From a virus (Duplodnaviria > Heunggongvirae > Uroviricota > Caudoviricetes), in IMG/VR virus record IMGVR_UViG_3300020156_000001, positions 416,348 through 480,347 of that record: a stretch of 64,000 nucleotides of DNA. One strand, 5' to 3'. Positions 20,333-31,536 of the stretch are shown here, in pieces (within the stretch, counting starts at the first letter, position 1; each line of letters opens with the position of its first letter). The translations under genes were made by a program, and so were the position numbers. Under the pieces are notes generated by a model, which saw only the letters and a program-made list of their open reading frames with translations, did not search any database and had not been told where the DNA came from.

Positions 20333-22438
20333 TTAGTTAACAAACGTAAAGTCCAAATAAGCGTGAGAAGTACCGGTGGTACCTGTCGAACTTGCTGAGA
20401 AAGTACGCAAAGTGAACACATTGAATGGTGCTGCTTGAGTAACATAACCACCCGCGCCTGCAATCGTACGCGAGTAGTATTCACCACCGTTGGTTGTGTT
20501 CCAGCCATGACCAAAAGCAAAAGCAACACGTTTACCCAAGTTATGAGTCACTGTGATGGAAGTGTTTGTAAATGTTGCATTCCAACCATCTGGAAGTTCC
20601 GAAACGCCAGTAACGTTATTTGTTGTAAACTCAACACGGAATGAGAATACAGACTGGCCACCACCACCACCACCACCGGAAGCTGCCGCAGGAATATCAA
20701 CAGTTGCAACACCTGCAACTTCAGTTACTGTTACGCCAGCACCTGTGAAGTTGATCTTGGATGGGTTAGCCGAAACATCCGCACCAGACTTCTGAACAGC
20801 TACTGGAGCAACATGCAGACCATCGCTTTGTGCTGTTAGACGGTTGTTTGGAACATTTGTGGAACGCTTAACAGCGGCTGTGATTGGCGTACCAACCTTA
20901 CCATCACCATTTAGGTCAACAGTTGGAGTGTCATCGATAGCAACAGCAGAAAGACCGCCGGAACCACCTGTTGGTGCAGCAACCCATTCTGTGTCGTAGT
21001 CTGTACCAGACTTCTTAGCTAGGATCTGACCAGCAGTACCACCAGCAGCTACGCCAGCACCAGGATCGCCCTTAGCACCAGGAGTACCAGCTTCACCAGT
21101 ATCACCCTTTACGCCTTGGATACCTTGAATACCCTGCAAGCCTTGGTCACCAGTATCGCCCTTATCGCCCTTGTCACCTTTGTCGCCCTTATCGCCTTTA
21201 AGCGAAGCGCGCCATTGTGCTTCAGTACCTACGAAACCAGCGTTTACTGCGGATTGATATGCGGAGATACCTGGATCGCCCTTAGCGCCGTCTGTACCAT
21301 CTGTACCTGGAACACCCTGGATACCTTGAATGCCCTGCAAGCCTTGGTCGCCACGATCGCCTTTATCGCCCTTGTCACCTTTATCGCCTTTTTCTCCCTT
21401 GAGAGAGGCAATCCAAGCCGATTGAGTACCAACGAAACCGCCAGCAACAGCAAGCTCGTAAGCGGACTTACCATCAACGCCATCTTCGCCGTCTGTACCA
21501 TCTGTACCAGCAGCACCAGTGTCGCCCTTTGGACCCTGTAGCTGACCAGCATCTTCAAATGCGCCATCCGAATAAACGTATAGGTGACCAGCAACCAAAT
21601 ATGTGTCGCCGTCAACGTTGTCAGTTGTTGGAAGTTCAGCAGGAGAAGCAACAGTGCCCTTTAGTTCAATACCAGTACCGGTATCGCCCTTATCGCCCTT
21701 GTCACCTTTATCGCCCTTGTCGCCTTTGGCTCCATCTTCGCCGTCTTGGCCAGGAACGCCCTGAATACCCTGAGGACCCTGTTCGCCAGTGTCACCCTTG
21801 TCGCCTTTGGCGCCAGGAACACCTTGGATACCTTGAGCGCCAGGCTCGCCAGCATCGCCCTTTTCGCCTTTTTCACCAGCGTCGCCCTTATCGCCCTTGT
21901 CGCCCTTCAAGCCCTGGATACCTTGAATACCCTGTGCGCCATCAGCACCGCGAAGGCTGTTAAGCCACTGGTTAACAGTACCAACATAGCCATTGTCTAC
22001 GGCTAGCTGATATGCAGAACGACCGTTTGTGCCGTCGGTACCATTAGTACCGGCAGCACCCTTGATGTTCATCTTGAGAGTCCAAACGCCGCTTTCCTTG
22101 TGGTAAACATCGCCGTTTGTGGAGTTCAAATACATGTCGGAATCAGAACCAACATTGCCACCAGGAACGCCTGGAGCAGAATACCAAATAGCGCCAGCGC
22201 CACCGGATCCACCGCCACCACCATTTGCAGTGATGCGGATAATCTTACCGTTAGTGTTGGCGCGACCGTCTGCGTCAACAAGTGTTACAGTTACGCCGTT
22301 GCCAGCTTCGATACCACGGAATGTAGCTACGCCGCGGTCAATATTGAAGTAATCCAAAAGGCTTACGCGATTGACGCCATCATCTGTAGTGGAACCAATT
22401 TTGCGAAGGCCTTCTGGACGCGATGTATTAGATGCCAT
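20333..22438 (-). CDS. Collagen-like tail/whisker fibre
   Basis: Long GDK/GIQ triplet runs separated by G.SAY units. Confidence 0.85.
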   Translation of the reverse strand: MASNTSRPEGLRKIGSTTDDGVNRVSLLDYFNIDRGVATFRGIEAGNGVTVTLVDADGRANTNGKIIRITANGGGGGSGGAGAIWYSAPGVPGGNVGSDSDMYLNSTNGDVYHKESGVWTLKMNIKGAAGTNGTDGTNGRSAYQLAVDNGYVGTVNQWLNSLRGADGAQGIQGIQGLKGDKGDKGDAGEKGEKGDAGEPGAQGIQGVPGAKGDKGDTGEQGPQGIQGVPGQDGEDGAKGDKGDKGDKGDKGDTGTGIELKGTVASPAELPTTDNVDGDTYLVAGHLYVYSDGAFEDAGQLQGPKGDTGAAGTDGTDGEDGVDGKSAYELAVAGGFVGTQSAWIASLKGEKGDKGDKGDKGDRGDQGLQGIQGIQGVPGTDGTDGAKGDPGISAYQSAVNAGFVGTEAQWRASLKGDKGDKGDKGDKGDTGDQGLQGIQGIQGVKGDTGEAGTPGAKGDPGAGVAAGGTAGQILAKKSGTDYDTEWVAAPTGGSGGLSAVAIDDTPTVDLNGDGKVGTPITAAVKRSTNVPNNRLTAQSDGLHVAPVAVQKSGADVSANPSKINFTGAGVTVTEVAGVATVDIPAAASGGGGGGGQSVFSFRVEFTTNNVTGVSELPDGWNATFTNTSITVTHNLGKRVAFAFGHGWNTTNGGEYYSRTIAGAGGYVTQAAPFNVFTLRTFSASSTGTTGTSHAYLDFTFVN
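21040..22060. repeat. Coding 9 bp-period repeats (GGCGATAAG/GGTGACAAG)
   Basis: Collagen G-D-K tracts. Confidence 0.8.
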
Positions 22439-22565
22439 CTAGTCTCTCCTAGGTATACTTGAAGCAATACGGCCCCAACGAAAATGGGACCGCAAATTCT
22501 TTTGCATCAGTATTTATCTGACTTCGCCATTATCTAACAAAGTAGTTTACCGGGAGATTTTGATA

Positions 22566-22901
22566 TTAAATTTCGTCCTGGTATCCCGTAGCAATAAAGC
22601 TTACGCCAGCGATATTGGAGAAAACCATAATACGAGCTTCCTCAGACACGGCTAGAACTGGATAGTGGAACGTTGTGTATGGGAGAAGATCCATACGATA
22701 CAAAAGGAAGTCTTCTGCCTTTGGTTCCAGCGCCTCAGAATCAACCACATATGCCATGTAAACGACAGCCGGTGCAGCCATCTGATTTACGATGGAGATC
22801 ATTGCAGTTTTGTCGAATAGTGGAGTACCACTCATTAGAGTTGCCCATGTACCTTGGGTGGTGGTATCAAATGCAATTGCACCAAAACGTTTCGCGCTCA
22901 T
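22566..22901 (-). CDS. Hypothetical virion-associated protein
   Basis: AAGGA SD; lies in a late operon. Confidence 0.65.
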   Translation of the reverse strand: MSAKRFGAIAFDTTTQGTWATLMSGTPLFDKTAMISIVNQMAAPAVVYMAYVVDSEALEPKAEDFLLYRMDLLPYTTFHYPVLAVSEEARIMVFSNIAGVSFIATGYQDEI

Positions 22902-22911
22902 TTGGATTTCC

Positions 22912-23052
22912 TTACTTTGCTAGTTTGAAGAAGAACTCGCGTGCCTTGTTTCGCGCAACATAAGGCTGCGGCGCTGGGCACTGCTCTGGGTTCTCCGGAT
23001 CAAGGGTGAGAATTGGTAGCTTTACGCTGATCTGAGTTGCTTTAATTGCCAT
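22912..23052 (-). CDS. 46 aa small protein (not in the ORF track)
   Basis: MAIKATQISVKLPILTLDPENPEQCPAPQPYVARNKAREFFFKLAK; ATG overlaps the upstream TAA and the ORF fills the gap exactly. Confidence 0.65.
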   Translation of the reverse strand: MAIKATQISVKLPILTLDPENPEQCPAPQPYVARNKAREFFFKLAK

Positions 23053-23459
23053 TACACGCTCAATACGATTTTGCTGATAACACCATAGGAACCATCATAG
23101 GGTTCCTGCACGCTCAAATATGTTCGATCCATAACCGCACGCACCCAAAGGATATTTGCTTTGAACGTTAGTGCGAGGTTGCTGGTATCGCCCTGTAGGT
23201 GACCCGTAGGATAAGTTGGATCAATTGGAAACTCCAAGTGTGGAGTACCCTCACGCAGCCAAATATCAAACCAATCGCCTTCCTGGGGTTCCAATGCGAG
23301 ACTCGCTTGAATCTTTACGCGGCCGGTAAAGTTGCTTGTGTGGATGCTAACCGTATGTAGGCCATCGGAGAAGCCATACCAACCATCAGCTTGCACCGGA
23401 TCACCCACTGCATTGGCTTGGTCGTTAGTATGTGGCAGCAGGATTTTTGATGTGCTCAT
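23052..23459 (-). CDS. Hypothetical late protein
   Basis: SD AAGGAG; TAAATA upstream. Confidence 0.7.
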   Translation of the reverse strand: MSTSKILLPHTNDQANAVGDPVQADGWYGFSDGLHTVSIHTSNFTGRVKIQASLALEPQEGDWFDIWLREGTPHLEFPIDPTYPTGHLQGDTSNLALTFKANILWVRAVMDRTYLSVQEPYDGSYGVISKIVLSV

Positions 23460-23466
23460 GGTAAAG

Positions 23467-23499
23467 ATCTCCTTTCCCGTATTTACCAGGAAAGGAGAT
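23467..23499 (-). promoter_or_regulatory. Late promoter (TAAATA) inside an SD-sequestering hairpin
   Basis: ATCTCCTTTCC-tggTAAATAcg-GGAAAGGAGAT. Confidence 0.75.
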
Positions 23500-23531
23500 T
23501 CTCAAAGCAAGTAGCTGGAGCGTTGCTACCT

Positions 23532-23720
23532 TCAGTCGTCTGTATTAAGACGGCTAACTTCAACTACCAATGACGGATCATTGATAAGTTCGGCCACTGT
23601 AGCTTCAACAACTTCAGCAAGTGTCTGAAGCTGTTCGTCTGTGATGACTGGGCCAGTTTCGTTATTCTTGAAGATCTTAGAAATCTCCAAGCTTAGAATT
23701 TCATTACGGATTCTCGCCAT
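23532..23720 (-). CDS. Hypothetical protein
   Basis: GAGG SD; TAAATA upstream. Confidence 0.65.
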   Translation of the reverse strand: MARIRNEILSLEISKIFKNNETGPVITDEQLQTLAEVVEATVAELINDPSLVVEVSRLNTDD

Positions 23721-23751
23721 GGTAAAAACCTCTCAGGAGTTAACCAAGTAT

Positions 23752-24276
23752 TTATCTCCGATGGTATGAAACGTATTTTGTAGGGTGAGAGTTCTTCTCA
23801 TCCACTGGCGCGCCTGGGCGTTCAATCGAGATTTCCCAAACATCATCAAGAATTACTGGGAAGTGAGTGTCGCCCTCAATATTTGCAAGCACGTGGGTCG
23901 CATAGATATTCGTTGCGTGTTCCATTGCCTGCTTGTAGATTTGCCCACCACCGATAACACAGATCTCACCGACCTGTTTGTCCCAGGCAATGTCACGACC
24001 TACTTCAATGGCACGATCAAAGCTATCAACGACTACGACGCCTTCTGGAAACGAAGCTGGGTTAGCTGATGTAACAACGATAGTTGTACGACCCGGTAAA
24101 GGCTTTCCAATAGATTCAAATGTTTTGCGTCCCATAACAACGGGCTTGTCCATTGTGATATCGCGAAAACGCTTGAGATCCTCAGAAAGCTTCCACGGCA
24201 TTCCGCCATCACGACCGATAACTCGGTTCAAGCTAAATGCCACAACCAGTGAAATTCTTGTAAGTTCCTTGCCCAT
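23752..24276 (-). CDS. folA: Dihydrofolate reductase
   Basis: IGRDGGMPW, MGRKTFESIG.PLPGR, IGGGQIY and GDTHFP motifs. Confidence 0.97.
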   Translation of the reverse strand: MGKELTRISLVVAFSLNRVIGRDGGMPWKLSEDLKRFRDITMDKPVVMGRKTFESIGKPLPGRTTIVVTSANPASFPEGVVVVDSFDRAIEVGRDIAWDKQVGEICVIGGGQIYKQAMEHATNIYATHVLANIEGDTHFPVILDDVWEISIERPGAPVDEKNSHPTKYVSYHRR

Positions 24277-25118
24277 TATACTGCAATCGGTGCCTTGATC
24301 GAGGGATCGGCTTCATAGCCAACTAGAGTAAAGTCTTCGAACTTGAAGCCAAAGATATCCTTGACGTCAGGATTGATTTCCATCTTTGGGAGAGGTTTTG
24401 GTGTGCGAGTCAGCTGGAGCTTTGCTTGGTCAAAGTGATTGTGATACAAATGCGCGTCACCAAGCGTATGCACGAAGTCACCCAGCTCATAGCCGCAAAC
24501 CTGTGCGACCATTTGCGTAAGTAGCGCGTAGCTCGCAATGTTAAAGGGAACACCTAGGAATATGTCAGCGGAACGTTGGTAAAGCTGGCAGCTTAGTTTG
24601 TTATCCGCCACGTAGAACTGGAACAAGCAATGGCACGGAGGCAAGGCCATAATGTCGATTTCCGCTGGGTTCCACGCGCTTACAATGTGACGACGGCTGT
24701 TGGGGTTGTTCTTCAGTCCATCAATAAGCTTGGCGATTTGGTCAATTGATTCATTGGCAATATAGGGCCTGGAGTTTTCTTCCCAATCATAGTCCCATTC
24801 GACCCTTGGGTTTGGCCAGCTACGCCATTGCGAACCATACACCGGGCCTAGGTTGCCATGTTCGTCGGCCCATTCGTCCCAGATGGATACGCCATTGTCT
24901 TTCAAGTATTTGATGTTTGTATCACCAGCGAGAAACCAGAGGAGCTCGTGAATAATGCTCCGCAAGTGTAGCTTCTTTGTTGTTAGTACGGGGAAGCCTT
25001 CTGCAAGATTGAAACGCATCTGGTAACCAAATACACCGCGGGTTCCAGTGCCAGTGCGATCACCACGATCAACACCATTTTCCAAAGCATGTTTAAGAAG
25101 GTCCAAATATTGCTGCAT
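24276..25118 (-). CDS. thyA: Thymidylate synthase
   Basis: [32 protein letters not shown]. Confidence 0.98.
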   Translation of the reverse strand: MQQYLDLLKHALENGVDRGDRTGTGTRGVFGYQMRFNLAEGFPVLTTKKLHLRSIIHELLWFLAGDTNIKYLKDNGVSIWDEWADEHGNLGPVYGSQWRSWPNPRVEWDYDWEENSRPYIANESIDQIAKLIDGLKNNPNSRRHIVSAWNPAEIDIMALPPCHCLFQFYVADNKLSCQLYQRSADIFLGVPFNIASYALLTQMVAQVCGYELGDFVHTLGDAHLYHNHFDQAKLQLTRTPKPLPKMEINPDVKDIFGFKFEDFTLVGYEADPSIKAPIAV

Positions 25119-25152
25119 TTTCTATTCCTTTGTACGAGCTTATCCGTACGAT

Positions 25153-25524
25153 TTATGCCTTGGTGATCTGTAGTGTGCGATCCTTTGGCTTACGGCCACG
25201 GCGCTTGCCTACCTTTGCATCGGCGCCATCTGCCTTGATGTTGTAGACGCTTGCGAAACGATTAGGTTCCATGCCGTCGATTTCCAAGATAGCATTGCTG
25301 CTAACAACGCGGCGCGAACCATCACGAGTGCTTTGTAGTGTGAATGTGATGGATGGGAAGCCCAGCGCATCAGTGTTCTCATTAACGCCTACAACAGAGA
25401 AGATGCCGGTGGAGACCACGTTTGGATCACCGCTGATGCTGCTTCCCTTGTACACGGCAACAACTTCCGTTGTTTCGTTGATCAAGTTCTTTGCTACTAG
25501 TTTGAGTGCGAGAGATTTGTCCAT
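25153..25524 (-). CDS. Hypothetical protein with AT-hook-like tail
   Basis: KRRGRKPK near the C-terminus; TTGACA-N15-TATACA at 25575-25601. Confidence 0.65.
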   Translation of the reverse strand: MDKSLALKLVAKNLINETTEVVAVYKGSSISGDPNVVSTGIFSVVGVNENTDALGFPSITFTLQSTRDGSRRVVSSNAILEIDGMEPNRFASVYNIKADGADAKVGKRRGRKPKDRTLQITKA

Positions 25525-25705
25525 AGCGTGCTCCATTGGGTTCGATCTTTTCGAGCACTTGCTATGCGTCCTGTTGTATAGGAACGGGTCCTGGATGTCA
25601 ACAGGAAAAGGTAAAATTTTATCTTTTTCTTATATTAGGCAGACACTGGAAATCACAGGCAGAAAAGGCGCCCACTAGGAGCGCCCCTTCCACCTTCGGG
25701 TACTA

Positions 25706-28042
25706 TTAAGCTTCTTGAGGAAGCTCCGTGATCTCTGGGATCACCAGTGCAACGGGTTCGCCGTAAACGATCCGAATTGCACCATCAACCACGCCAACTG
25801 TTGCGTGGCCGCCATTCTTCAGTTCGCCAAACAGCATGGCCTTGGAAAGCGGCTTCTTAATATTGTCGGTGATCACGCGACCCAGCGGACGCGCACCCAT
25901 CGCCTTATCATAGCCCTTTTCACCAAGCCATTCCATCGCGTCCTCGGTAACGTCGATAGTGACCTTCTTTGCCGACGCCATATCGCGCAGCTGGCCGAGG
26001 AACTTGTCAACAACGCGGCGGATATCTTCGCGACGGAGTGCAGCAAAGTCAACAACCGCATCAAGACGATTGAGGAACTCAGGAGCAAACGTTTCCTTGA
26101 GGATAGTGTCGTCGGCCATGTTGCGATCGCTGTCACCAAAGCCGATTGCGCTCTTCGAGTTGAAGCGAGCACCAACGTTGGAGGTCATAATGATGATCAC
26201 GTTCTCGAACGAAACTTCCTTGCCTGCGGAGCTCTTGAGCCGGCCGTTGTCGAAGACCTGGAGCATGATGTTGTAAACATCAGGATGCGCCTTCTCCATT
26301 TCGTCCAGCAGCAACACCGAGTGCTGATGCGTTTCGATATCCGAGATCAACTGACCAGAACCAGCCTGGCCGTCGCCGTAACCAACGTAGCCTGGAGGAG
26401 AACCGATAAGCTTGGCAACGCTATGCTTTTCCATGTACTCGGACATATCGTAGCGCAGAAGTTCAACACCCAGCGTCTTCGCAAGTTGCTTGGACACTTC
26501 CGTCTTACCAACGCCCGTTGGACCCTTGAACAAGTAAACACCAGCCGGCTTGTTTGCTTCGCGCAGACCTGCACGAGACATGATCACTGCATCCGAAAGG
26601 ATTGTGATTGCAGGATCCTGACCAAACACCGCTTCGCGAAGATCATCCTCGAGATGCGACAGCTTTTCAGCTTCGTTTTCCTTGACCGTGCGCGCCGGGA
26701 TCTTCGCCATTACAGCGACTTCGTTTTCGATAAGCTCAGCAGTGATCACTGTGACACGCTCCTCGGGCTTACCTACGCGCTGAGTTGCACCAGCAGCGTC
26801 GATAACGTCGAACGCCTTGTCCGGCAGGAAGCGATCAGTAACATAACGAGCTGTTAGTTCGACCGCAGCGTCAATAGCTGCCGCGTCGTACACCAGGCCG
26901 TGGAACTGTTCGTAAACCTTGGCCGCACCCTTGAGGATCCGCTTTGCATCTTCAACCGATGGTTCAGCAACGTCCATCTTTTGGAACCGACGCATAAGCG
27001 CCTTATCCTTTTCGAAGTGCTTGCGATACTCGTCCATCGTGGTCGAACCAATGCAATGGAGATCACCACGCGAAAGCGCCGGCTTCATCATGTTGGAAAG
27101 ATCCATGCTTTCGCCCTTACCAGCGGCGCCAGCACCCATGATCATGTGGATTTCGTCGATGAAGAGGATTGGCTTTTCGACCTTGGTCAACGCGACCATG
27201 ATCTGCTTCACGCGCTCTTCCATATCACCGCGGAACTTTGCGCCGGCAACAAGGCCAGGAACGTCCAGCGAGTAAATGGTCGAACCTGCGATTGCTTCGG
27301 GAACCTTCTGCTCCACGATCAAGTGTGCAAGTCCTTCAGCGATTGCCGTCTTACCGACGCCAGGTTCACCGATCATGATCACGTTGTTCTTCGTGCGACG
27401 AGCAAGCGTCTTGACGACCGAGTAAACTTCCTTCTCGCGACCGATCAGCGGATCAATCTTGCCAGCAAAAGCTTGCTTGTTCAAGTTGACGCAATACTTG
27501 GCCAGGATCTTTTCGGCCTTTTCCTTGGACATCTTTTCCATACGTCCGCCGGAAGAACCTTCGCCTTCACCGCCTTCGCCGCCAACTTCTTCTTCAGCGC
27601 CCTCGGCCAGCAACTCCTTGAGTTCATTGGCGTCCAGACCGTGCTGGGACAAGTAATAAGCAGCATAGCAGTCTTCAACTGCCAGGATCGAAACGACCAG
27701 ATCCGCTGCAAGAATATCGCGACGGCCGGCAAACTGCATGTTTGCAGCGGTGCGCTGAATCACACCTTCAAGCATGGTAGTTGGGAGTGGCTTGCGCGAC
27801 ACAGAGCTCTTTGGATAGAGGCTCTCGAAGTGATCTCGAAAGTCCTTTGCAAAGCCATCAATGTCGAACTTGAGTTCAACAAGCTGGCCGCGGAACACTT
27901 CATCGTCCATGCACACAAGCGCAAGATGGTCGATTGTGATGTGCGTGTTATTGCGCGTTTGCGCAACATTTGCAGCCGCTGCAATAAGCTCGTTTGCGCG
28001 TTTTGGGTTGATCCGAGAATTTCCACTGTCTGGTGTGGTCAT
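25706..28042 (-). CDS. clpA: ATP-dependent Clp protease ATPase subunit
   Basis: Two AAA domains ([16 protein letters not shown]), IGF loop, MGARPL; no ClpB middle domain. Confidence 0.95.
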   Translation of the reverse strand: MTTPDSGNSRINPKRANELIAAAANVAQTRNNTHITIDHLALVCMDDEVFRGQLVELKFDIDGFAKDFRDHFESLYPKSSVSRKPLPTTMLEGVIQRTAANMQFAGRRDILAADLVVSILAVEDCYAAYYLSQHGLDANELKELLAEGAEEEVGGEGGEGEGSSGGRMEKMSKEKAEKILAKYCVNLNKQAFAGKIDPLIGREKEVYSVVKTLARRTKNNVIMIGEPGVGKTAIAEGLAHLIVEQKVPEAIAGSTIYSLDVPGLVAGAKFRGDMEERVKQIMVALTKVEKPILFIDEIHMIMGAGAAGKGESMDLSNMMKPALSRGDLHCIGSTTMDEYRKHFEKDKALMRRFQKMDVAEPSVEDAKRILKGAAKVYEQFHGLVYDAAAIDAAVELTARYVTDRFLPDKAFDVIDAAGATQRVGKPEERVTVITAELIENEVAVMAKIPARTVKENEAEKLSHLEDDLREAVFGQDPAITILSDAVIMSRAGLREANKPAGVYLFKGPTGVGKTEVSKQLAKTLGVELLRYDMSEYMEKHSVAKLIGSPPGYVGYGDGQAGSGQLISDIETHQHSVLLLDEMEKAHPDVYNIMLQVFDNGRLKSSAGKEVSFENVIIIMTSNVGARFNSKSAIGFGDSDRNMADDTILKETFAPEFLNRLDAVVDFAALRREDIRRVVDKFLGQLRDMASAKKVTIDVTEDAMEWLGEKGYDKAMGARPLGRVITDNIKKPLSKAMLFGELKNGGHATVGVVDGAIRIVYGEPVALVIPEITELPQEA

Positions 28043-28043
28043 T

Positions 28044-28547
28044 TTACTTCCTTTGCGCCTTCTTACGTTTACGCTGGGCTATGTCTAGCGCCAGTTTTGA
28101 AACCCGCTTATCAAAACAAATGCCTTCAACGTGGTCGAATTCATGTTGAAAGACACGTGCCCAAAGCCCAGTCAACTCCTCCTCAACGAGATCACCCCGT
28201 GAAGTAAAGTACCTGACCAGTATAATTGAATGCCGCTCTATGTCAAGAACTAGATTTGGGAAGCTGAGGCATCCTTCCGATGCTTTATCAACGGAACCCA
28301 AACGTTCGACGATTTCAGGGTTAAAAACTTCCCAAAACTTGGCATCCTTGGCTCCCATCACAAACATCGAGTATGGGATACCAATCTGGCTAGCTGCAAG
28401 ACCAACACCATGCTTGTTAAGCATTGTTGCCTGCATTGCTGTTGCTAATATAGTAGGCTTTTGCTCATTGGTAAAGTCCCAAGGAAGACTTTTGACACGC
28501 AAAATTGCGTTTTTTTCGTCAACGAGCTCAGTAGGAAAATGATTCAT
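28044..28547 (-). CDS. def: Peptide deformylase
   Basis: GVGLAASQIG, EGCLS and QHEFDH motifs. Confidence 0.95.
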   Translation of the reverse strand: MNHFPTELVDEKNAILRVKSLPWDFTNEQKPTILATAMQATMLNKHGVGLAASQIGIPYSMFVMGAKDAKFWEVFNPEIVERLGSVDKASEGCLSFPNLVLDIERHSIILVRYFTSRGDLVEEELTGLWARVFQHEFDHVEGICFDKRVSKLALDIAQRKRKKAQRK

Positions 28548-28590
28548 TTCTATCCTCTACAGGAAAAGAAATTCCACGTAAAGAGCAGAT

Positions 28591-29460
28591 TTACATATCT
28601 TTGATTTTTGCCAACAGCGCGTATTGGGCTGAGTTTAGCTTTGGATGTTCGAGCAGAACTTCCACAAGCATTGATCCGCGACGACCAAACGCATTATAGA
28701 AACCCTTCTCAGGAACCTTTATCTGCGCGTTTGCTTGTGTACCAGGATGAATGCGTAGTTTGACTTCCGTGCCATCCACACATGGTACGTTTTTGTTCAC
28801 ACCCAACATGGCTTCGATAAAGTCGATAGTCACACTGGTTATAATAGTGTCATCGTGTTGACGAACAAAGCGGTCATCCGGCGTTACACTGACAATCACG
28901 TAGAGATCACCAGCCGGCATTATGCTATTGGAATCATCACCCATACCTGCGTAGCGGATCTTTGTACCATCGCGCACGCTTTTGGGAATGTTGACCTTGA
29001 TTGTTTTGCTTGCGTGTTTGCTTGTGGAATAACGGAGTTCCACCTCTTTACCAGAGAAGGATTCTGCAAAACTAATTGTGTAGCGGAGGTTGATGTCCTT
29101 GTTTTTCGCTTGCTGCTGGTTTGCCGTGCGCTGGCGAATTAGTTCCTCAAGGATTTCATCAATGTTTGGATTGTTGCCGTATTGACGACGGCGTGAAAAT
29201 GCTTCTTCCCAGCTTGTGTAGCTTTGGGAACGACCTTGCTCACGATGGCGTGGAGCTTCGGTTTGAAGATCATACATATGGCGCTTGTCAGCGTCCTTTA
29301 GTGTTTCGTATGCTTCATTGATTTCTTTGAACTTTTTCTCCGCAGCCGCATCACCCGGATTTTTGTCCGGGTGCCATTGCATGGCAAGTTTGCGGAATGC
29401 GCTTTTAATTTCCTTGTCGTCAGCGGTTCTGCTAACACCAAGTGTTTCGTAATGGGACAT
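28591..29460 (-). CDS. dnaJ: DnaJ/CbpA-type co-chaperone lacking the Zn finger
   Basis: J-domain with HPD; GDLYV in the C-terminal domain. Confidence 0.9.
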   Translation of the reverse strand: MSHYETLGVSRTADDKEIKSAFRKLAMQWHPDKNPGDAAAEKKFKEINEAYETLKDADKRHMYDLQTEAPRHREQGRSQSYTSWEEAFSRRRQYGNNPNIDEILEELIRQRTANQQQAKNKDINLRYTISFAESFSGKEVELRYSTSKHASKTIKVNIPKSVRDGTKIRYAGMGDDSNSIMPAGDLYVIVSVTPDDRFVRQHDDTIITSVTIDFIEAMLGVNKNVPCVDGTEVKLRIHPGTQANAQIKVPEKGFYNAFGRRGSMLVEVLLEHPKLNSAQYALLAKIKDM

Positions 29461-29461
29461 A

Positions 29462-29851
29462 TTAACGCTTTGGCTTCTTTGTTGGAACAGGTGCTACCGG
29501 CTGGGCAGTTTCCCTAACATATGCACGATAGTATTTGATCACTTCCTGTTGCTCCTGCATAAAGCGGGAGATTTCCACCATGTTGGAACTTAGTGCTTCA
29601 AAGCCCTTTGGAGTCAACGCGAACAGCGCAAAGTTTGGATCAGGATTCTTCTCAAGCTCCGCAAGCTGTTCTTGAAGTTCCTTCTTGGTGAGAACCTTCC
29701 ACTCTACGCCAGGACGCATATTTACGGGCGAAGTTGCGGGCTCAGCAGGAACTGGGCGGGGCTGGTATTGGTAAACTGTTTGAGTAGTTTGCGAGCACGC
29801 GGCGAGAAAGGCAACCAGCGGCAACACAAAAAGCGTTGAACGTTTAATCAT
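29462..29851 (-). CDS. o-spanin (lipoprotein)
   Basis: Lipobox LAAC, Pro-rich; follows the i-spanin. Confidence 0.75.
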   Translation of the reverse strand: MIKRSTLFVLPLVAFLAACSQTTQTVYQYQPRPVPAEPATSPVNMRPGVEWKVLTKKELQEQLAELEKNPDPNFALFALTPKGFEALSSNMVEISRFMQEQQEVIKYYRAYVRETAQPVAPVPTKKPKR

Positions 29852-30252
29852 TTTGTACCTCGGCTGATCTTCTCGATATCCTTCATCAACTGCTTTGTAC
29901 GGTCGTTGATTCGCTTTTCGAGTTCCGGCGCGTTTGAATTAGCTTCTTTTCCAAAGTCAGTATTACTGATTTTTTGTAGATCTTCAATTGTTTTTTGTCT
30001 AACAACGTCGATTGCAGATGCCGACTTTTTCAACAAGTTAACTTCCACACTGTGATCACGGCGCATTGTGTCGATAACGCCTTTTTGTGATTCAATCTTC
30101 TTGTTGGCTTCGTTTAACAGGGTTTGCGCGGTGCGAACTTTTTCCACGTTGATTTCATTGCGTTGGTAAAAGAACACGCAAGCCGCGGCCAGTGCGATAA
30201 CCAATCCAATCATGTACTTGCTGGGCAAAAATCCCTTAATAAGACTCCACAT
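29848..30252 (-). CDS. i-spanin
   Basis: N-terminal TM plus coiled coil; TAAATA upstream. Confidence 0.7.
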   Translation of the reverse strand: MWSLIKGFLPSKYMIGLVIALAAACVFFYQRNEINVEKVRTAQTLLNEANKKIESQKGVIDTMRRDHSVEVNLLKKSASAIDVVRQKTIEDLQKISNTDFGKEANSNAPELEKRINDRTKQLMKDIEKISRGTK

Positions 30253-30307
30253 CGCCGATCTCCTAAAATTTATTGTATTTATCAGACCCTGCTGTTATGG
30301 ATTTCGC

Positions 30308-30646
30308 ATGAGCATAGCCTATATTATCAAAAGCACGCCCATTAGACCCTACTCAGAGGAAGATTATCCCTATGAGTTCCACTTGGGTCAAATCATTGAT
30401 AAAGAAGTTACACATTTTGCGTTGGCGTGGTGTCAGGAACAGGAATTCATAGATCCTGAGTTTGATTTCAAATATGCAAAAGCCAAAGATCATAAGATCC
30501 ATCCTCCGTCCGAGGAAGATTTAAAACTTTTGGAACCTTACATGCCCTGGCATACTCTCAAACGTAAATCTCTTGGGCACTTTTTCTATTTCAAAAGACA
30601 GCAAGATTACATACTTTTCAAGCTTTCCGTGCCCAAAGCTGGTTGA
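30308..30646 (+). CDS. FKL-motif family protein
   Basis: Ends FYFKRQQDYILFKLSVPKAG. Confidence 0.7.
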   Translation: MSIAYIIKSTPIRPYSEEDYPYEFHLGQIIDKEVTHFALAWCQEQEFIDPEFDFKYAKAKDHKIHPPSEEDLKLLEPYMPWHTLKRKSLGHFFYFKRQQDYILFKLSVPKAG

Positions 30647-30670
30647 CATTTTTCCACTCCGTGCTACATT
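30643..30670 (+). promoter_or_regulatory. Sigma70-type promoter
   Basis: TTGACA-N16-TACATT; the -35 overlaps the upstream TGA stop. Confidence 0.65.
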
Positions 30671-30696
30671 CAGAGTACGGAAACGGAGAACACCAA

Positions 30697-31536
30697 ATGC
30701 TGCACGTTGTACTTGGTCTAGCATTTCTTATCGCTGCATGGGCTGGTGGTATGCCAGTTCGTCATCTCGGCGATGTTGGTCTCCTTACAATCGGCTTTAT
30801 CCTCATTATGGGCTGTGCAACGATTGTTCGGCTTAGCATTTGGATTCACTGGCGCATTGTTGGCGCATTTGCAGTAATGCTGCTGGTTTTTATCGCTTAT
30901 GTGTTGGGCGGTGGTTCCAAGTATTTGTCCTCGGACATGCCCACTTACACGGTAACGCAAAACATTCCAGTTCGCATTGAACGGCTTGAAGGTGCAAATG
31001 GCTTTAACGGTCGCTTGCGTGTGGTAAACACGAGCAACGACATGCTCAACCATGTGCGCTTGCGTTGTGTGATCTTCTACGACAATGGTACACCGGTTCA
31101 GCAAAATTACACCGGTGGTATTGGTTCTGGTCGCATTCAGTATCCAATGGGCGCTGGTGATGCAACTGAGATCCTTACGGAGCTTGAGTTTAAAAAGTTC
31201 CGCAGCAATCCAGAGGCAGCCAATTGCTTTGCAACTGAAGCCACTTACATTAGCCGCCCATTGTTCCTCAACGATATTCGCTTGGACTGGTCGGTAAATC
31301 CAGTGGACAAGAAGAACGATCTTGTGGTTACCAACAACAGCAGTGTTGCGGTCAAAAACATCCAGTTCGTATGTGTAACGGATAGTGGTGAAGCTCGTAA
31401 CGTTATGGCGTATCCCGCTTATAAGAACCCACGCGATGAAACGGTGATTGGTGTTGGTCAGACTGTCAAGTTTGTTGAAACCACTGCTTACTGGAAATAT
31501 AAGAGCTGTGTGATCTCTAACGCGCTGGCCGTATAA
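30697..31536 (+). CDS. Membrane protein with three TMs and two Ig-like (FxLYD-like) periplasmic domains
   Basis: GGAG SD; repeated VVNTS..VRLRC / VTNNS..IQFVC. Confidence 0.65.
   Translation: MLHVVLGLAFLIAAWAGGMPVRHLGDVGLLTIGFILIMGCATIVRLSIWIHWRIVGAFAVMLLVFIAYVLGGGSKYLSSDMPTYTVTQNIPVRIERLEGANGFNGRLRVVNTSNDMLNHVRLRCVIFYDNGTPVQQNYTGGIGSGRIQYPMGAGDATEILTELEFKKFRSNPEAANCFATEATYISRPLFLNDIRLDWSVNPVDKKNDLVVTNNSSVAVKNIQFVCVTDSGEARNVMAYPAYKNPRDETVIGVGQTVKFVETTAYWKYKSCVISNALAV

Noticed and set aside
21040-22060. Tandem DNA repeats as a possible CRISPR array or DGR
   Set aside because: Explained by collagen G-X-Y coding; no spacers and no reverse transcriptase
25715-28207. Long plus-strand ORFs (380 and 435 aa)
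   Set aside because: Antisense shadows of clpA/def caused by codon bias
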